DNA of 64,000 nucleotides from a virus (Duplodnaviria > Caudoviricetes). Each line of letters starts with the position of its first letter. The stretch's first letter is position 1. The stretch lies in the IMG/VR virus record IMGVR_UViG_3300001528_000360, positions 1 through 64,000 of that record; one strand, written 5' to 3'. This document shows, one piece after another, positions 10,965-20,752 of the stretch. The translations under genes were made by a program, and so were the position numbers. Under the pieces are notes generated by a model. The model saw only the letters and a program-made list of their open reading frames with translations, had not been told where the DNA came from and did not search any database.

Positions 10965-11045
10965 ATGGACTTTTTGCTGAATATTTTGTATTATGCGTTA
11001 GGAATTGATGTACTTACGAAAAACCTTGATAATGTTGAAGAATAA
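10965..11045 (+). CDS. 26-aa small peptide MDFLLNILYYALGIDVLTKNLDNVEE in a structured transcript
   Basis: SD AAGGAG at 10948, own late motif at 10909, hydrophobic N-half; too short for the ORF track. Confidence 0.55.
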   Translation: MDFLLNILYYALGIDVLTKNLDNVEE

Positions 11046-11155
11046 TACCTAAAATAAATCTTTAAAATTATCATAGAATTTTCTACGGTATATTTTTTTT
11101 GTTTTCTCTGTGATGTACATATTATTAATATTACAGAAAGGATGGTGTATTTTAA

Positions 11156-12466
11156 ATGGGAATTCTCCTTGATATTGTGAATACAACCAAAGATATAAAA
11201 GCTGCTGCTAATTCTGGTTTATTAGACAATGATCTTGCTAATAAGTTCCAGAAGGCTGGTAAACAATATAGTTCCATTTCGAAGAGAGCTTCTGAAGGAA
11301 CTTTACAATTTCCTGTTTTGGTGAGCCGTGCAATTGATATTGAAACGGCTCAGAATATTTCTAAGGCACTTGAACGTAATTATACTACTTTTGCACAGAT
11401 TGCATTTAGTCACACTCCTACAGATCTGTATACTAAGAATTGGACAGCTAATGACTATATCAAGAATTTCCACCAGAATATGGGTGGAAGGACTGATAGA
11501 AATGATATTCTTCGTGCTGTTAATGCTGTCATTGATTCTTATAATGTGTTAGAGGATAATGGGCTTACGATCATGTATGCTTCTTATGAATCTGCTACTA
11601 CTAAGATTCAGGGTTGTAATAAGGAACAGTTATTCGATGTTATGGAACATCTTAGACATGATATTTTGAATAATAAATATGCTCCTAAGTCTGAAGTTAT
11701 TTATAATTTTAATAAGCCTGAACTGAATCAGAAGTATAATAATCATCATATCGTTAGTGAAGCTGTTGATGATAACAAAAAGCTTAATTACTCTTTACCT
11801 AGAGATATTCTGAAAGATAATGATGTTAAGAAAGCAAATGAATTAGTATCTACTACTCTTCATATTAAGATTCGTCTTGTGAATAAGAATGATGAAGATA
11901 TGGGTACTGTTGATTTTATTGTTGGTGTTAAATGTATTATGCATCCTGTTAATAGTGAGGATATGATCACTAATATGGTTAATGGATGCCGTAATAATAA
12001 TAAGATGTTTAACTTCCTTCGTTGGACTACTGGTGAAATTTCTTTCTTTAAGGATTTCCTTCTTAATATGAATGAAATTAAGGATGATGTTACTGCTTAC
12101 AAGACTGGTTCTTCTCCTTGGTGGTTAAGTCTTAAGAGACGTAAGTCCCTTGCTAATATGAAGGATAGTGCTTTCCTTGGTAAGAAAATTCTTCCTAATG
12201 CTTCCATTGTCATTTCTGCAGAAGAAGTTGAATTAATTAAATCTGAATTTGGATTTGACCTCTATAATCCTATTTTCTTTAATAAGATTATGAATGAGTA
12301 TTTCCTGCTTGGATTTGTTATTGTTGATAACTCTTCACAGGTTGCACATTTCTTATTTGAAGATCAGACTAATTTCCAGACAGTTACTTTCTCTGCTCTT
12401 GAGAAATCTGCTGTTAATGATGAACGTAAGTTTAAAGAAATGCTTAAACTTGTTAATAGAATGTAA
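11156..12466 (+). CDS. Putative virion structural protein
   Basis: Late motif at 11116, strong SD, first gene of a structural cluster. Confidence 0.6.
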   Translation: MGILLDIVNTTKDIKAAANSGLLDNDLANKFQKAGKQYSSISKRASEGTLQFPVLVSRAIDIETAQNISKALERNYTTFAQIAFSHTPTDLYTKNWTANDYIKNFHQNMGGRTDRNDILRAVNAVIDSYNVLEDNGLTIMYASYESATTKIQGCNKEQLFDVMEHLRHDILNNKYAPKSEVIYNFNKPELNQKYNNHHIVSEAVDDNKKLNYSLPRDILKDNDVKKANELVSTTLHIKIRLVNKNDEDMGTVDFIVGVKCIMHPVNSEDMITNMVNGCRNNNKMFNFLRWTTGEISFFKDFLLNMNEIKDDVTAYKTGSSPWWLSLKRRKSLANMKDSAFLGKKILPNASIVISAEEVELIKSEFGFDLYNPIFFNKIMNEYFLLGFVIVDNSSQVAHFLFEDQTNFQTVTFSALEKSAVNDERKFKEMLKLVNRM

Positions 12467-12495
12467 TTTTTTTGTGGAAATGAGGTGAATTAGAT

Positions 12496-13488
12496 ATGTT
12501 TGAACAGAATCCCATTACTCATATTCTGCTTGAGAATTGCAAGAGTTTTTCTGAGAGACGTGAATTATTTGCTCTCTCTGAAGCAGATATGAATTCTGTT
12601 AATAACAATATGGTTAGTCGTTTATTTAAATCTGCCATTGAAAAGTCCCATATTGATTATGATGATATTCCTAAGTCTAAGGGCGATATCACTAAGTATG
12701 ATGGATATAAATCTATGGTTGAATCTCTTGGTCTTTTAAGACAGATTGCTTTAAAGTCTTCTTATAAGATTCCTGAGATTGATATTGTTGAACGCGCTCT
12801 TGATAATATTGTCGGTTATCGTAATTTATTTGAGCGTGGTATTAAGCTTAATAAGGATTATGTAGTTCTTCAGTATAACACTTTAGTTATGTCTTGTGTT
12901 ATTGCTACTAGTTCTTTGATTAGTTCTTATGTTGATTTTATCAAGAAGATTGATACTATTGAATTTACCATTACAAATCCTAAGTCTAATCCTGGTAAGA
13001 TTTGTATTGATAATTTAGCTAAGTTTAATAAGTCTGTTGCTTCTGGTGATTTCTCTAAGGTTATGAATAATGTAATTACCAATGATTCTAAGCCTGTTAA
13101 TGAGTCTGTTACTGTTATTGCAGCAACTGTTATTATGGGTGCTATTCTTGGTGTTACTTTTATGCGTGATATTGTATTCTATGTATATTACTCTCGTGTA
13201 AAGATTGCTGAATATCTTAGAGTTCAGGCTTTATTCCTTGAGTTGAATAAGAATACTATCAATTCTAATAGTTATAATGCTTCTGCTGATAAGAAGGAAA
13301 AGATTATTAAGAAGCAGTCTGAATTAATTACAAAGTTGAAGTCTATCGCTGATAAGATTGATGTTTCTGATAGACTTGCTACGAATAATATGAAGGTTGA
13401 AATCAAGAAAGAGAATTCTGGATGGAAATTAGATGATGTTAAATCTGATATTGCCAGTAAGGATTCCAATGGTTTTCAACTAATTTAA
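12496..13488 (+). CDS. Putative virion protein with a hydrophobic segment
   Basis: SD GAGGTG; VNES site followed by hydrophobic VTVIAATVIMGAILGVTFM. Confidence 0.55.
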   Translation: MFEQNPITHILLENCKSFSERRELFALSEADMNSVNNNMVSRLFKSAIEKSHIDYDDIPKSKGDITKYDGYKSMVESLGLLRQIALKSSYKIPEIDIVERALDNIVGYRNLFERGIKLNKDYVVLQYNTLVMSCVIATSSLISSYVDFIKKIDTIEFTITNPKSNPGKICIDNLAKFNKSVASGDFSKVMNNVITNDSKPVNESVTVIAATVIMGAILGVTFMRDIVFYVYYSRVKIAEYLRVQALFLELNKNTINSNSYNASADKKEKIIKKQSELITKLKSIADKIDVSDRLATNNMKVEIKKENSGWKLDDVKSDIASKDSNGFQLI

Positions 13489-13585
13489 TAAAGTATATAA
13501 ATAAACAAATATTTAATAGCAAAACCGTTAAAAAGAATATTTTATACCTTAAATTATAATATTTTATAGAAAGGATGATAATACA

Positions 13586-14602
13586 ATGGCTATTTTTACT
13601 TCTAATAAATTAACTGAGAGCATTGATGAAATCATTGCCTGCGAGGGCTATAGCTATGCTCTTGGCGGTAACTACGATGCTATTATGGAATCCTATGATG
13701 ATGACTTTGCTGTCATCGAAGCTATGCATGCGTTCGACCTTGCTGAGCTTGAAGCTATGAAGGAGTCTGCTGGTGAGACTGTTGAGTCTCCTGTTCTTGA
13801 GGCTAATCTTAAGGATATTTGGGACAAGATTAAGGCTTTCTTTGTGAATCTTGGCAAGCGTCTGCTCGCTTTCTTTAAGAGTGTGTATGATTTTGTTGTT
13901 ACTATCGTTTCTTCTGGTGAGACTTTCGCTAAGAAGTACAAGGAGCGTCTTTCTAAGCTGAATCTCAATGGCTTTACTTATGAGATGTATGAGTATGCTA
14001 TTAAGGACAACTTTAAGGCTGGTACTGCTGATATGAAGGCTGCTTCCAAGGCTGCTGATGCTGGTGTTGAGGCTATTAAGGGTATTCAGATCAAGGGTCA
14101 GAATGCTATGGTTAAGCTCACTAAGATTAGTGAAGAGATGGATTCTGGTAATGATAAGGCTCTTGCTGCTCTTCGTCAGAAGCTATCCGGCACTGCTGAG
14201 GCTGATAAGTATACCACTGCTCTCTTCAACAAGTTCCGTAAGGGTGGCAAGAAGAAGAGCATGTCTATTTCCAGTGTTAGCTCTTATGTTGAGTTCCTTG
14301 AGAAGTCTACTGAGCTGATGAAGTCCGTTAAGGATGCTGAGAAGCTTGTTAAGGATACCATTAATTCTATTAATGGTAAGATCAATCAGGCTGCTAAGGA
14401 AGCCGAGACTGATGCTAAGACTACTGATTATGCGTCTGTTGGTGCTAAGAAGGCTGCTCTTATGCGTAAGCAGATTAACTTCTTCTCCTCTATTCAGACT
14501 ATTTATACCCGCTATATTAATGCTTGGTCTTCTGCTACTAAGGAAGCTACTGCTACTTATAAGAACGTCTGCTACAAGGCGATGCAGTATAAGAAGGCGT
14601 AA
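13586..14602 (+). CDS. Abundant internal head protein, paralog family
   Basis: Strong high-expression codon bias; acidic propeptide-like N-terminus ending VLEA, then a basic amphipathic helix (DKIKAFF...LLAFFK). Confidence 0.6.
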   Translation: MAIFTSNKLTESIDEIIACEGYSYALGGNYDAIMESYDDDFAVIEAMHAFDLAELEAMKESAGETVESPVLEANLKDIWDKIKAFFVNLGKRLLAFFKSVYDFVVTIVSSGETFAKKYKERLSKLNLNGFTYEMYEYAIKDNFKAGTADMKAASKAADAGVEAIKGIQIKGQNAMVKLTKISEEMDSGNDKALAALRQKLSGTAEADKYTTALFNKFRKGGKKKSMSISSVSSYVEFLEKSTELMKSVKDAEKLVKDTINSINGKINQAAKEAETDAKTTDYASVGAKKAALMRKQINFFSSIQTIYTRYINAWSSATKEATATYKNVCYKAMQYKKA

Positions 14603-14651
14603 TAGTATTTACACACTATATCAAAATCTAAAATGAAAGGATGATATTACA

Positions 14652-15671
14652 ATGGCGATTTTTACTAAATCTAATATTGCACCTGTTGAAGAACAGTTCG
14701 ATGTTAATGTTGAAGATTATCCCTATATCATGCCTACGATCGAGTCTGCTTATGAGATCGCTTGTGAGGGTTATCATGATATGTATAAGCTGCTTGGTGG
14801 CCTCTATGCTTCTGATATTATGATTGAGGAAGCTGTTAAGGAGGGTGCCGAGGCTGAGCCTCTTATTGAGAGCAATGTTAAGGAGTTCATCAATAAGGCT
14901 GTTGCTAAGTTCACTGAGATTCGCAATCGTATTGTTGCTTGGTTCAAGAAGATTGTTGATAATCTGAAGATCAAGTTTGCTTCCAGCAAAGATTTCGTGA
15001 CTAAGTATGAGTCTCGTATTCTTGAGAAGGTTGATGTTGCTAAGGATTATAAGCCTGCACGTCATGACTTTAATGATACTAAGATTCGTGATACTATTGG
15101 TAAGGCTATGGCTGAGATTACTGCCTATGCTAAGGCTGATAGTGAGAAGAAGTCCGGTAAGAGTGATAACTTTGTTGCTCAGATGGTTAAGAAGGCCGAT
15201 CCTAAGGCTACTACCATTGGTGAGCTCAAGGGTAATATCACTAAGACCATTACTGGTGCTGAGGTCTCTACTCAGGTCAGCAAGTCTGAGGTCACTAACA
15301 TGATCAAGTATTGCAAGAATATTGCTACTTCTCTTGCTGCTATCGAGGATCTTAAGAATAAGAATGTTAGCACCATCAACAATATTATCAAGGATCTGAA
15401 TGGTTCTGGTAAGGAAGTTGAGGTTATTCATGCTAAGGTTCGTAATTACAATGCTGCTGTTAGCGCTATTCAGCAGCTGAACACTGTTGGTGTTAGCCTG
15501 GTTAACCAGATTAACAAGGAGTATATTGCTACTATGCGTGGCCTTATGCTTTATAAGGTTCCTACTAAGGAGTCTGTTACTTCTGATGAGGAGCTTATGG
15601 GTGATGACAAGGCTGATGAGAAGGTCGAAGAGTCCACTTCTATCTTTGAGTCTGCTCTGAACATGATCTAA
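14652..15671 (+). CDS. Abundant internal head protein, paralog family
   Basis: MAIFT start as in 13586; acidic N-terminus ending LIES, then IVAWFKKI helix; strong codon bias. Confidence 0.6.
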   Translation: MAIFTKSNIAPVEEQFDVNVEDYPYIMPTIESAYEIACEGYHDMYKLLGGLYASDIMIEEAVKEGAEAEPLIESNVKEFINKAVAKFTEIRNRIVAWFKKIVDNLKIKFASSKDFVTKYESRILEKVDVAKDYKPARHDFNDTKIRDTIGKAMAEITAYAKADSEKKSGKSDNFVAQMVKKADPKATTIGELKGNITKTITGAEVSTQVSKSEVTNMIKYCKNIATSLAAIEDLKNKNVSTINNIIKDLNGSGKEVEVIHAKVRNYNAAVSAIQQLNTVGVSLVNQINKEYIATMRGLMLYKVPTKESVTSDEELMGDDKADEKVEESTSIFESALNMI

Positions 15672-15680
15672 ATTATTATA

Positions 15681-15716
15681 AAGAATCAGTACATGTTTTT
15701 ACATGTACTGATTCTT
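15681..15716 (+). terminator. Intrinsic terminator
   Basis: aagaatcagtacatgt...acatgtactgattctt + T run. Confidence 0.8.
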
Positions 15717-15783
15717 TTTTTATCTTTATTTATTGGGTACAATAATGTAAAGATTATATTAGAGAAAGGTTGTGAATTTTAAT

Positions 15784-16833
15784 ATGAGTATTTTTAATTC
15801 AAAGACTCCTGTTACAAAGATTCCTATTGTAGAATCTCTTGATATTGGTTTAGATTCATATTCTTTCGTTAAGGATATTGAAGAAGAAGGATTTAATATT
15901 TCTGTAGAATTTAATAAAACTGCATATGTGGGATTAAAAGAAAATAATTATGATATTCTTGAAGAAGGCTTTAGTGAATTCTTCAAAGATGCTGCTGAAT
16001 GGTTTAAAAAGATTGCACATAAGATCGTTGAATTTACTAAGAATGCTATGAAATATTTTGTATCTTATTTTCAAGATTTTAGTAAGTTCTTAGAAAAAAA
16101 TGAAGATTATTTAAAATCTTTAGATATTGCCTTTACATATAAAGGTTATGAATATAATTTTCCTAAGAATACTCCTGTATTAACTAAGGTGCATGATATT
16201 ATTGGTTCTTATAATATTGAAATTAATAGAATTAATGATATGAAATATGCCGATATTACAAAACTCCGTAATGAGTTTGCCAATGAAACTTATAAGAATA
16301 AACTTAGAGCTAATATCTTAGGTGATGGATCTAATGAAGTCACAGCAGATAATTTTAGTAAAGCTTCTAAGAGATTATTTAGAAGTACTGATGAAAAAAT
16401 TAATATTAATATTAATAATAGTTACATTAGTAATATTATTAAAGATTATAGTAAGATGAAGGCTCTCTTAAATGAGACTGAAACGAATAAGGCTAAGATT
16501 GTTAGAATGCTTAATGATCTTGAAGTATTTTTCCAGAAGAAAGCTTCTGTTGTCTATAACAATACTGTTAAAGAAATTCAGACTACTTCTTTAAGAGATG
16601 ATGAAGATAAGCTTTCTCGTGGTGATACTTATAGTGCAGCTTATGATGAAAATAAATTAAAGAATCTTAATATTTATTTTGATCTTAAGTATAGAGAGGC
16701 TAAGCTTGTCAGTAATTGTGTCATTACAATTTATATTGATAAAGTGAATGCTATTAAAGACTGTATGACTCAGTATAGAGATATTATTAGAAGTGCATTA
16801 ATGAAGAAGAAAGAATCTTCTAATAGTAAGTGA
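15784..16833 (+). CDS. Internal head protein, paralog family
   Basis: Late motif at 15738; MSIFN start; ILEEG followed by AAEWFKKI helix. Confidence 0.55.
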   Translation: MSIFNSKTPVTKIPIVESLDIGLDSYSFVKDIEEEGFNISVEFNKTAYVGLKENNYDILEEGFSEFFKDAAEWFKKIAHKIVEFTKNAMKYFVSYFQDFSKFLEKNEDYLKSLDIAFTYKGYEYNFPKNTPVLTKVHDIIGSYNIEINRINDMKYADITKLRNEFANETYKNKLRANILGDGSNEVTADNFSKASKRLFRSTDEKINININNSYISNIIKDYSKMKALLNETETNKAKIVRMLNDLEVFFQKKASVVYNNTVKEIQTTSLRDDEDKLSRGDTYSAAYDENKLKNLNIYFDLKYREAKLVSNCVITIYIDKVNAIKDCMTQYRDIIRSALMKKKESSNSK

Positions 16834-16843
16834 GGTGTAAACT

Positions 16844-17941
16844 ATGAATTATATTGAAGAAGCTTTACATAGCAATTTATTCTCTGATCAACTGTTCTAT
16901 GAAGAAGTATTGGAACAGTTAGAAGTTGAAAGAGAATTTATGATTTCATGTCTTGAGAATAACATTATTCTCGAAGCTGAAGCACCTGCAAGTGAGAAAA
17001 AGGGTAGTTGGATTCAAACTATTCGTGATGCTATTAAGAAAATTTTTGATAAGTTTGTATCTGTATTAGAAGATTTAGTTAAGACTGATGATGCTTGGAT
17101 TAAATCAAATATTCCTAAACTTCAAGGTCTTAATTATGATGGTCTTAGTGTTAATACTTTAGAATATTGGAAAGTTCAACCTGGAGATATTAATAATATC
17201 TTAAGTGAATTACAGAAAGAAATTAATAATGTTGGACCTAAAGATTCTAGATTAAAGAATCTTCAGACCAGAGAACAAGTTGAAGATTTTGGTGCTTTTA
17301 AGAAGTATAAAAAGAGAAATAAAAACTTTACTGAATCTATTAAAATTAGATTTAAAGTTGGCGATGATAATGAACCTAATCCTGTTCCTTTATCAGGTGA
17401 TGCTTTAAAGAAACAGTGTATTGGTGAAATGTCTAAGTATGTTGTTGCTTATAAAGCAACTATTCTTCCTACATTAAAAACATCTTATAATAACTTTAAT
17501 AATATGCTTAATAATGTGGAAAGAAAAATGAATGTTACTAAGTCTGTTAAAGAAGCATATTGTTTAATTGAGAATGCATATTATTCTGATACAGAATTAT
17601 CTTTATGCAGTAATTATGATAAAGTATTTGAAGCTGATGAACAGACTAATACTACAAATAAGACAACCGTAACTACTACTAAATCTATTGAAGATAATAA
17701 GCCTGTAATGAATAAGGTTCAGGATACTTCTAAAGGTAATGAAAATAAAACTGATACTTCTACTGGACAGAATGCAAAGGCTAATACCCAGGATGAAACT
17801 ACTGAATATTATACTTACTTACGCAATGCTATTCAGTTGAATCAGATTGCTCTTGCTGCAGCTATGACTGCTTGTGAGGAAAAATATCGTGCATATATGA
17901 GTATTCTTAAGGGTGTTGTCGCTGCTAGAGCTAAAAAATAA
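16844..17941 (+). CDS. Internal head protein, paralog family
   Basis: ILEAE followed by IKKIFDKF helix; C-terminal helix similar to neighbours. Confidence 0.55.
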   Translation: MNYIEEALHSNLFSDQLFYEEVLEQLEVEREFMISCLENNIILEAEAPASEKKGSWIQTIRDAIKKIFDKFVSVLEDLVKTDDAWIKSNIPKLQGLNYDGLSVNTLEYWKVQPGDINNILSELQKEINNVGPKDSRLKNLQTREQVEDFGAFKKYKKRNKNFTESIKIRFKVGDDNEPNPVPLSGDALKKQCIGEMSKYVVAYKATILPTLKTSYNNFNNMLNNVERKMNVTKSVKEAYCLIENAYYSDTELSLCSNYDKVFEADEQTNTTNKTTVTTTKSIEDNKPVMNKVQDTSKGNENKTDTSTGQNAKANTQDETTEYYTYLRNAIQLNQIALAAAMTACEEKYRAYMSILKGVVAARAKK

Positions 17942-17947
17942 AAAAAT

Positions 17948-17977
17948 AGGATATACGAGGATTTCCTCGTATATCCT
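17948..17977. terminator. Bidirectional terminator
   Basis: aggatatacgagg-attt-cctcgtatatcct between convergent genes. Confidence 0.8.
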
Positions 17978-17983
17978 TATTAA

Positions 17984-19210
17984 TTAAGTTGTTTTCTTAA
18001 ATTGAACTTCTCCACTATTTATGAAATAATCACCATTTTTGATGAATGTAAATAATGAATAGCTTAATCTATAATTTCCTTTATATTTAGTATTTATTAC
18101 TTTGTCTTCAAATGACATTAAAAATTTTTTATTAGGTGTAAAGCATTCAATATCAACATCATATACATTCATATTTATTATATTATCATTTTCATATTTA
18201 TTATTCTGGATCATAGAATTTAAATATGAATTATTAAAATTATCTACAATATTAGTAGTTGTTTTATTTCTAGATTGTACTGATGGTGATACTGTAGATG
18301 AAGAATTTCCTGATGTATTAATGATATTAACATTTGTACCAACTAATTGATCATGTACTATTGCAGTAGTAATCATCTCAGTACTATCTCTAGGTACATG
18401 CAAAGTGTATGTTTTAGTTTTATTATCTTTAAAGTTACCCGGGGTTTGTGAATTAGAATTTAAAGTTTTGAAAACCTGTACAATAACCTCTTTAAATTCA
18501 CCTGTTCTATATGCAGTACATTCTGCACGTTTATTAATAAAATAAGTCGTATTAAAATCGTAGAAAAACAATGCACCATGTTTATAGAAACCATATCTCT
18601 TTTCAAGATATGCAATGTTTTGAATAACTGTAAATGGAGGTAAAATAATCTCATTGTAAGTAGTACTATTATCTAATGGAGTCATAAGTACATTACTTGA
18701 TCCAGATTTTGATAATAAGTACATTATACAATTGGTCATATTTGAAGAACTAATTACTCTATTGAAAATCTTTTTAGATGCAGTAATATCAGAATCTTTA
18801 AATAAATAAAAATCAAAAGTTGCTCTATTTTCAGCAGTACCTAAAGTTTTTAATGTAGTATTATATAAATCTTTATTTAAGAAGGCTGAATTATCATCAA
18901 TGAAAATAGAGAAGATTGTATCAAATACAACTTCTTTATAATTCATAGTTTCATTTTCATTATAAGCAAATTTTTCTATTTTAACTTTAAATTTAACAGT
19001 GGTTCTATTTTCTATAATAGTATAATATTGAGTATAACTAAGATTTAGTTGTAGATTAAATATAGGAAAATAATCATTATCAAAATCTTTCTCTATAGTA
19101 AATCCCAATATATTAGAATTTTCTAATTTTAATGGATCTTTATTAGGAATTAATATATCACAAGCTGTGACTAAATATCGGTAATAATAACTTCTATTTT
19201 CTGCAGCCAT
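17984..19210 (-). CDS. Putative baseplate hub/tail protein
   Basis: Late motif at 19243; beta-rich, overall pattern like gp27-type hub proteins. Confidence 0.45.
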   Translation of the reverse strand: MAAENRSYYYRYLVTACDILIPNKDPLKLENSNILGFTIEKDFDNDYFPIFNLQLNLSYTQYYTIIENRTTVKFKVKIEKFAYNENETMNYKEVVFDTIFSIFIDDNSAFLNKDLYNTTLKTLGTAENRATFDFYLFKDSDITASKKIFNRVISSSNMTNCIMYLLSKSGSSNVLMTPLDNSTTYNEIILPPFTVIQNIAYLEKRYGFYKHGALFFYDFNTTYFINKRAECTAYRTGEFKEVIVQVFKTLNSNSQTPGNFKDNKTKTYTLHVPRDSTEMITTAIVHDQLVGTNVNIINTSGNSSSTVSPSVQSRNKTTTNIVDNFNNSYLNSMIQNNKYENDNIINMNVYDVDIECFTPNKKFLMSFEDKVINTKYKGNYRLSYSLFTFIKNGDYFINSGEVQFKKTT

Positions 19211-19287
19211 ATATCATCACATCCTTTGGGAATGATTTTTCTTTATAAATATGTGGCAAATACTAAAAAAAATCGAATAGGAAAACC

Positions 19288-19647
19288 CTATTCGATTTCT
19301 TCTACTTTTTCTGTTTTAATATAAGTAGTTAATAAATTCTTTAATTGAATTTCATTTTCTTTATTTACAAGCACATTTACTAATTTATTAAACATATTCA
19401 AGTCACTAAATACTGCAATGATTTGAGTATCATTATTCTTAGTTCTTTCTTGAAGAATAACTGCTGAACCATCATGAATAGTATAATGCAGATTCTCATT
19501 CATTTTAAAAATATCAAATGTATGTAATAATACATTAACATATCCAACCTCTAATTGAATCGGGATTTTAATAAGACCTAATTTTTGATGTAATAATAAG
19601 GTTTTTAGAACTTGTCTAATTTCTGTAATTATATTATATAATCTCAT
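19288..19647 (-). CDS. Early hypothetical protein
   Basis: SD GGAGG, early motif at 19689. Confidence 0.6.
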   Translation of the reverse strand: MRLYNIITEIRQVLKTLLLHQKLGLIKIPIQLEVGYVNVLLHTFDIFKMNENLHYTIHDGSAVILQERTKNNDTQIIAVFSDLNMFNKLVNVLVNKENEIQLKNLLTTYIKTEKVEEIE

Positions 19648-19758
19648 TTTGATATTTTACCTCCAGTATTAATATTTGGTATACAGTAATAATATATATC
19701 TGAAAAAAATATTAAAAAAATAAGAGGATAACAAATCCTCTTATTTTTTTCTTACTGA

Positions 19759-20001
19759 TTACGCTTCAGATTCTACTTCAACATCATCAGCAGGCGTTTC
19801 CTTCTTGGAATTCTTCTTGACACCGGAGATTTTCTTCTTAACGGTGTCACAGGCGTATCCAACTTCAAAGTTGACTCCAACTGCAACACGAGCCAAAGGT
19901 TCACCGATACCTGCAACAACTCCATTCGGGAAAACTTCATTGTACGTACACTTGATATCATTCTTGATATCATTCATAACATTAGCGATAGTGTCAAACA
20001 T
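19759..20001 (-). CDS. Hypothetical protein
   Basis: SD GGAGG before ATG at 20001. Confidence 0.55.
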   Translation of the reverse strand: MFDTIANVMNDIKNDIKCTYNEVFPNGVVAGIGEPLARVAVGVNFEVGYACDTVKKKISGVKKNSKKETPADDVEVESEA

Positions 20002-20031
20002 TGTTTTATCCTCCAAAAATTTAATTTATTT

Positions 20032-20625
20032 TTATGATTGATGAAGTAATTTCATCAGATCATTATAACACTCATTGTATGTATCACCAGAAACTATACG
20101 TTTTCCATTTACAAAAGCTTCGTAGTGACCATACATGCTTACGATATCATAGTTAAGATTCTCGAATCTTCCAGATTCTTCAAATACTGGAAGGTCATTC
20201 TCTTCAATTTTTAAATCTGTATTATTGAGAACTTCTTTGTTCTTAATTCTGAAATTTCCAGAAATATTAACAGATCCGAATATATCAGAATCTTCAACTG
20301 TTACATCTCCATGAATTTTTGCTTTTCCGAAGATAAATGAATGCCCTGTAATATGTGCATTCTCGTATACACGAGCATTGCCATAAACTTTAGTACTACC
20401 ATCAATCAAAGCATTTCCAAAAATGTATGCAAGATCATACACTATAGCATTTTGAGTGATCCATGCAGTATGCCAAATAATCTGTGACAGATTGCATTCA
20501 GCTTCAACATAACCTCCAAGATCACCAGCCTTAACATTATGCATAGGAATATCTATTAATGCTTTGATTTGATACATGGTTTTACCGTTAATCTCTTTAG
20601 GATTAACAAGTTCATATCTTTTCAC
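20032..20625 (-). CDS. Phage protein with left-handed beta-helix hexapeptide repeats
   Basis: IKALID...VKAGDLGGYVE..NLS followed by xYGNAx repeats; early motif at 20660. Confidence 0.75.
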   Translation of the reverse strand: MKRYELVNPKEINGKTMYQIKALIDIPMHNVKAGDLGGYVEAECNLSQIIWHTAWITQNAIVYDLAYIFGNALIDGSTKVYGNARVYENAHITGHSFIFGKAKIHGDVTVEDSDIFGSVNISGNFRIKNKEVLNNTDLKIEENDLPVFEESGRFENLNYDIVSMYGHYEAFVNGKRIVSGDTYNECYNDLMKLLHQS

Positions 20626-20752
20626 CTCTAAAGGCTCCTTTCTTTTTTATTATACTATAATAATATATATCTCAAATCTTTGATTATACTATTTATTTTA
20701 ATCGGAAAATTAAATATATATTATAGTATTAACAAGTATATATAATAGGAGG

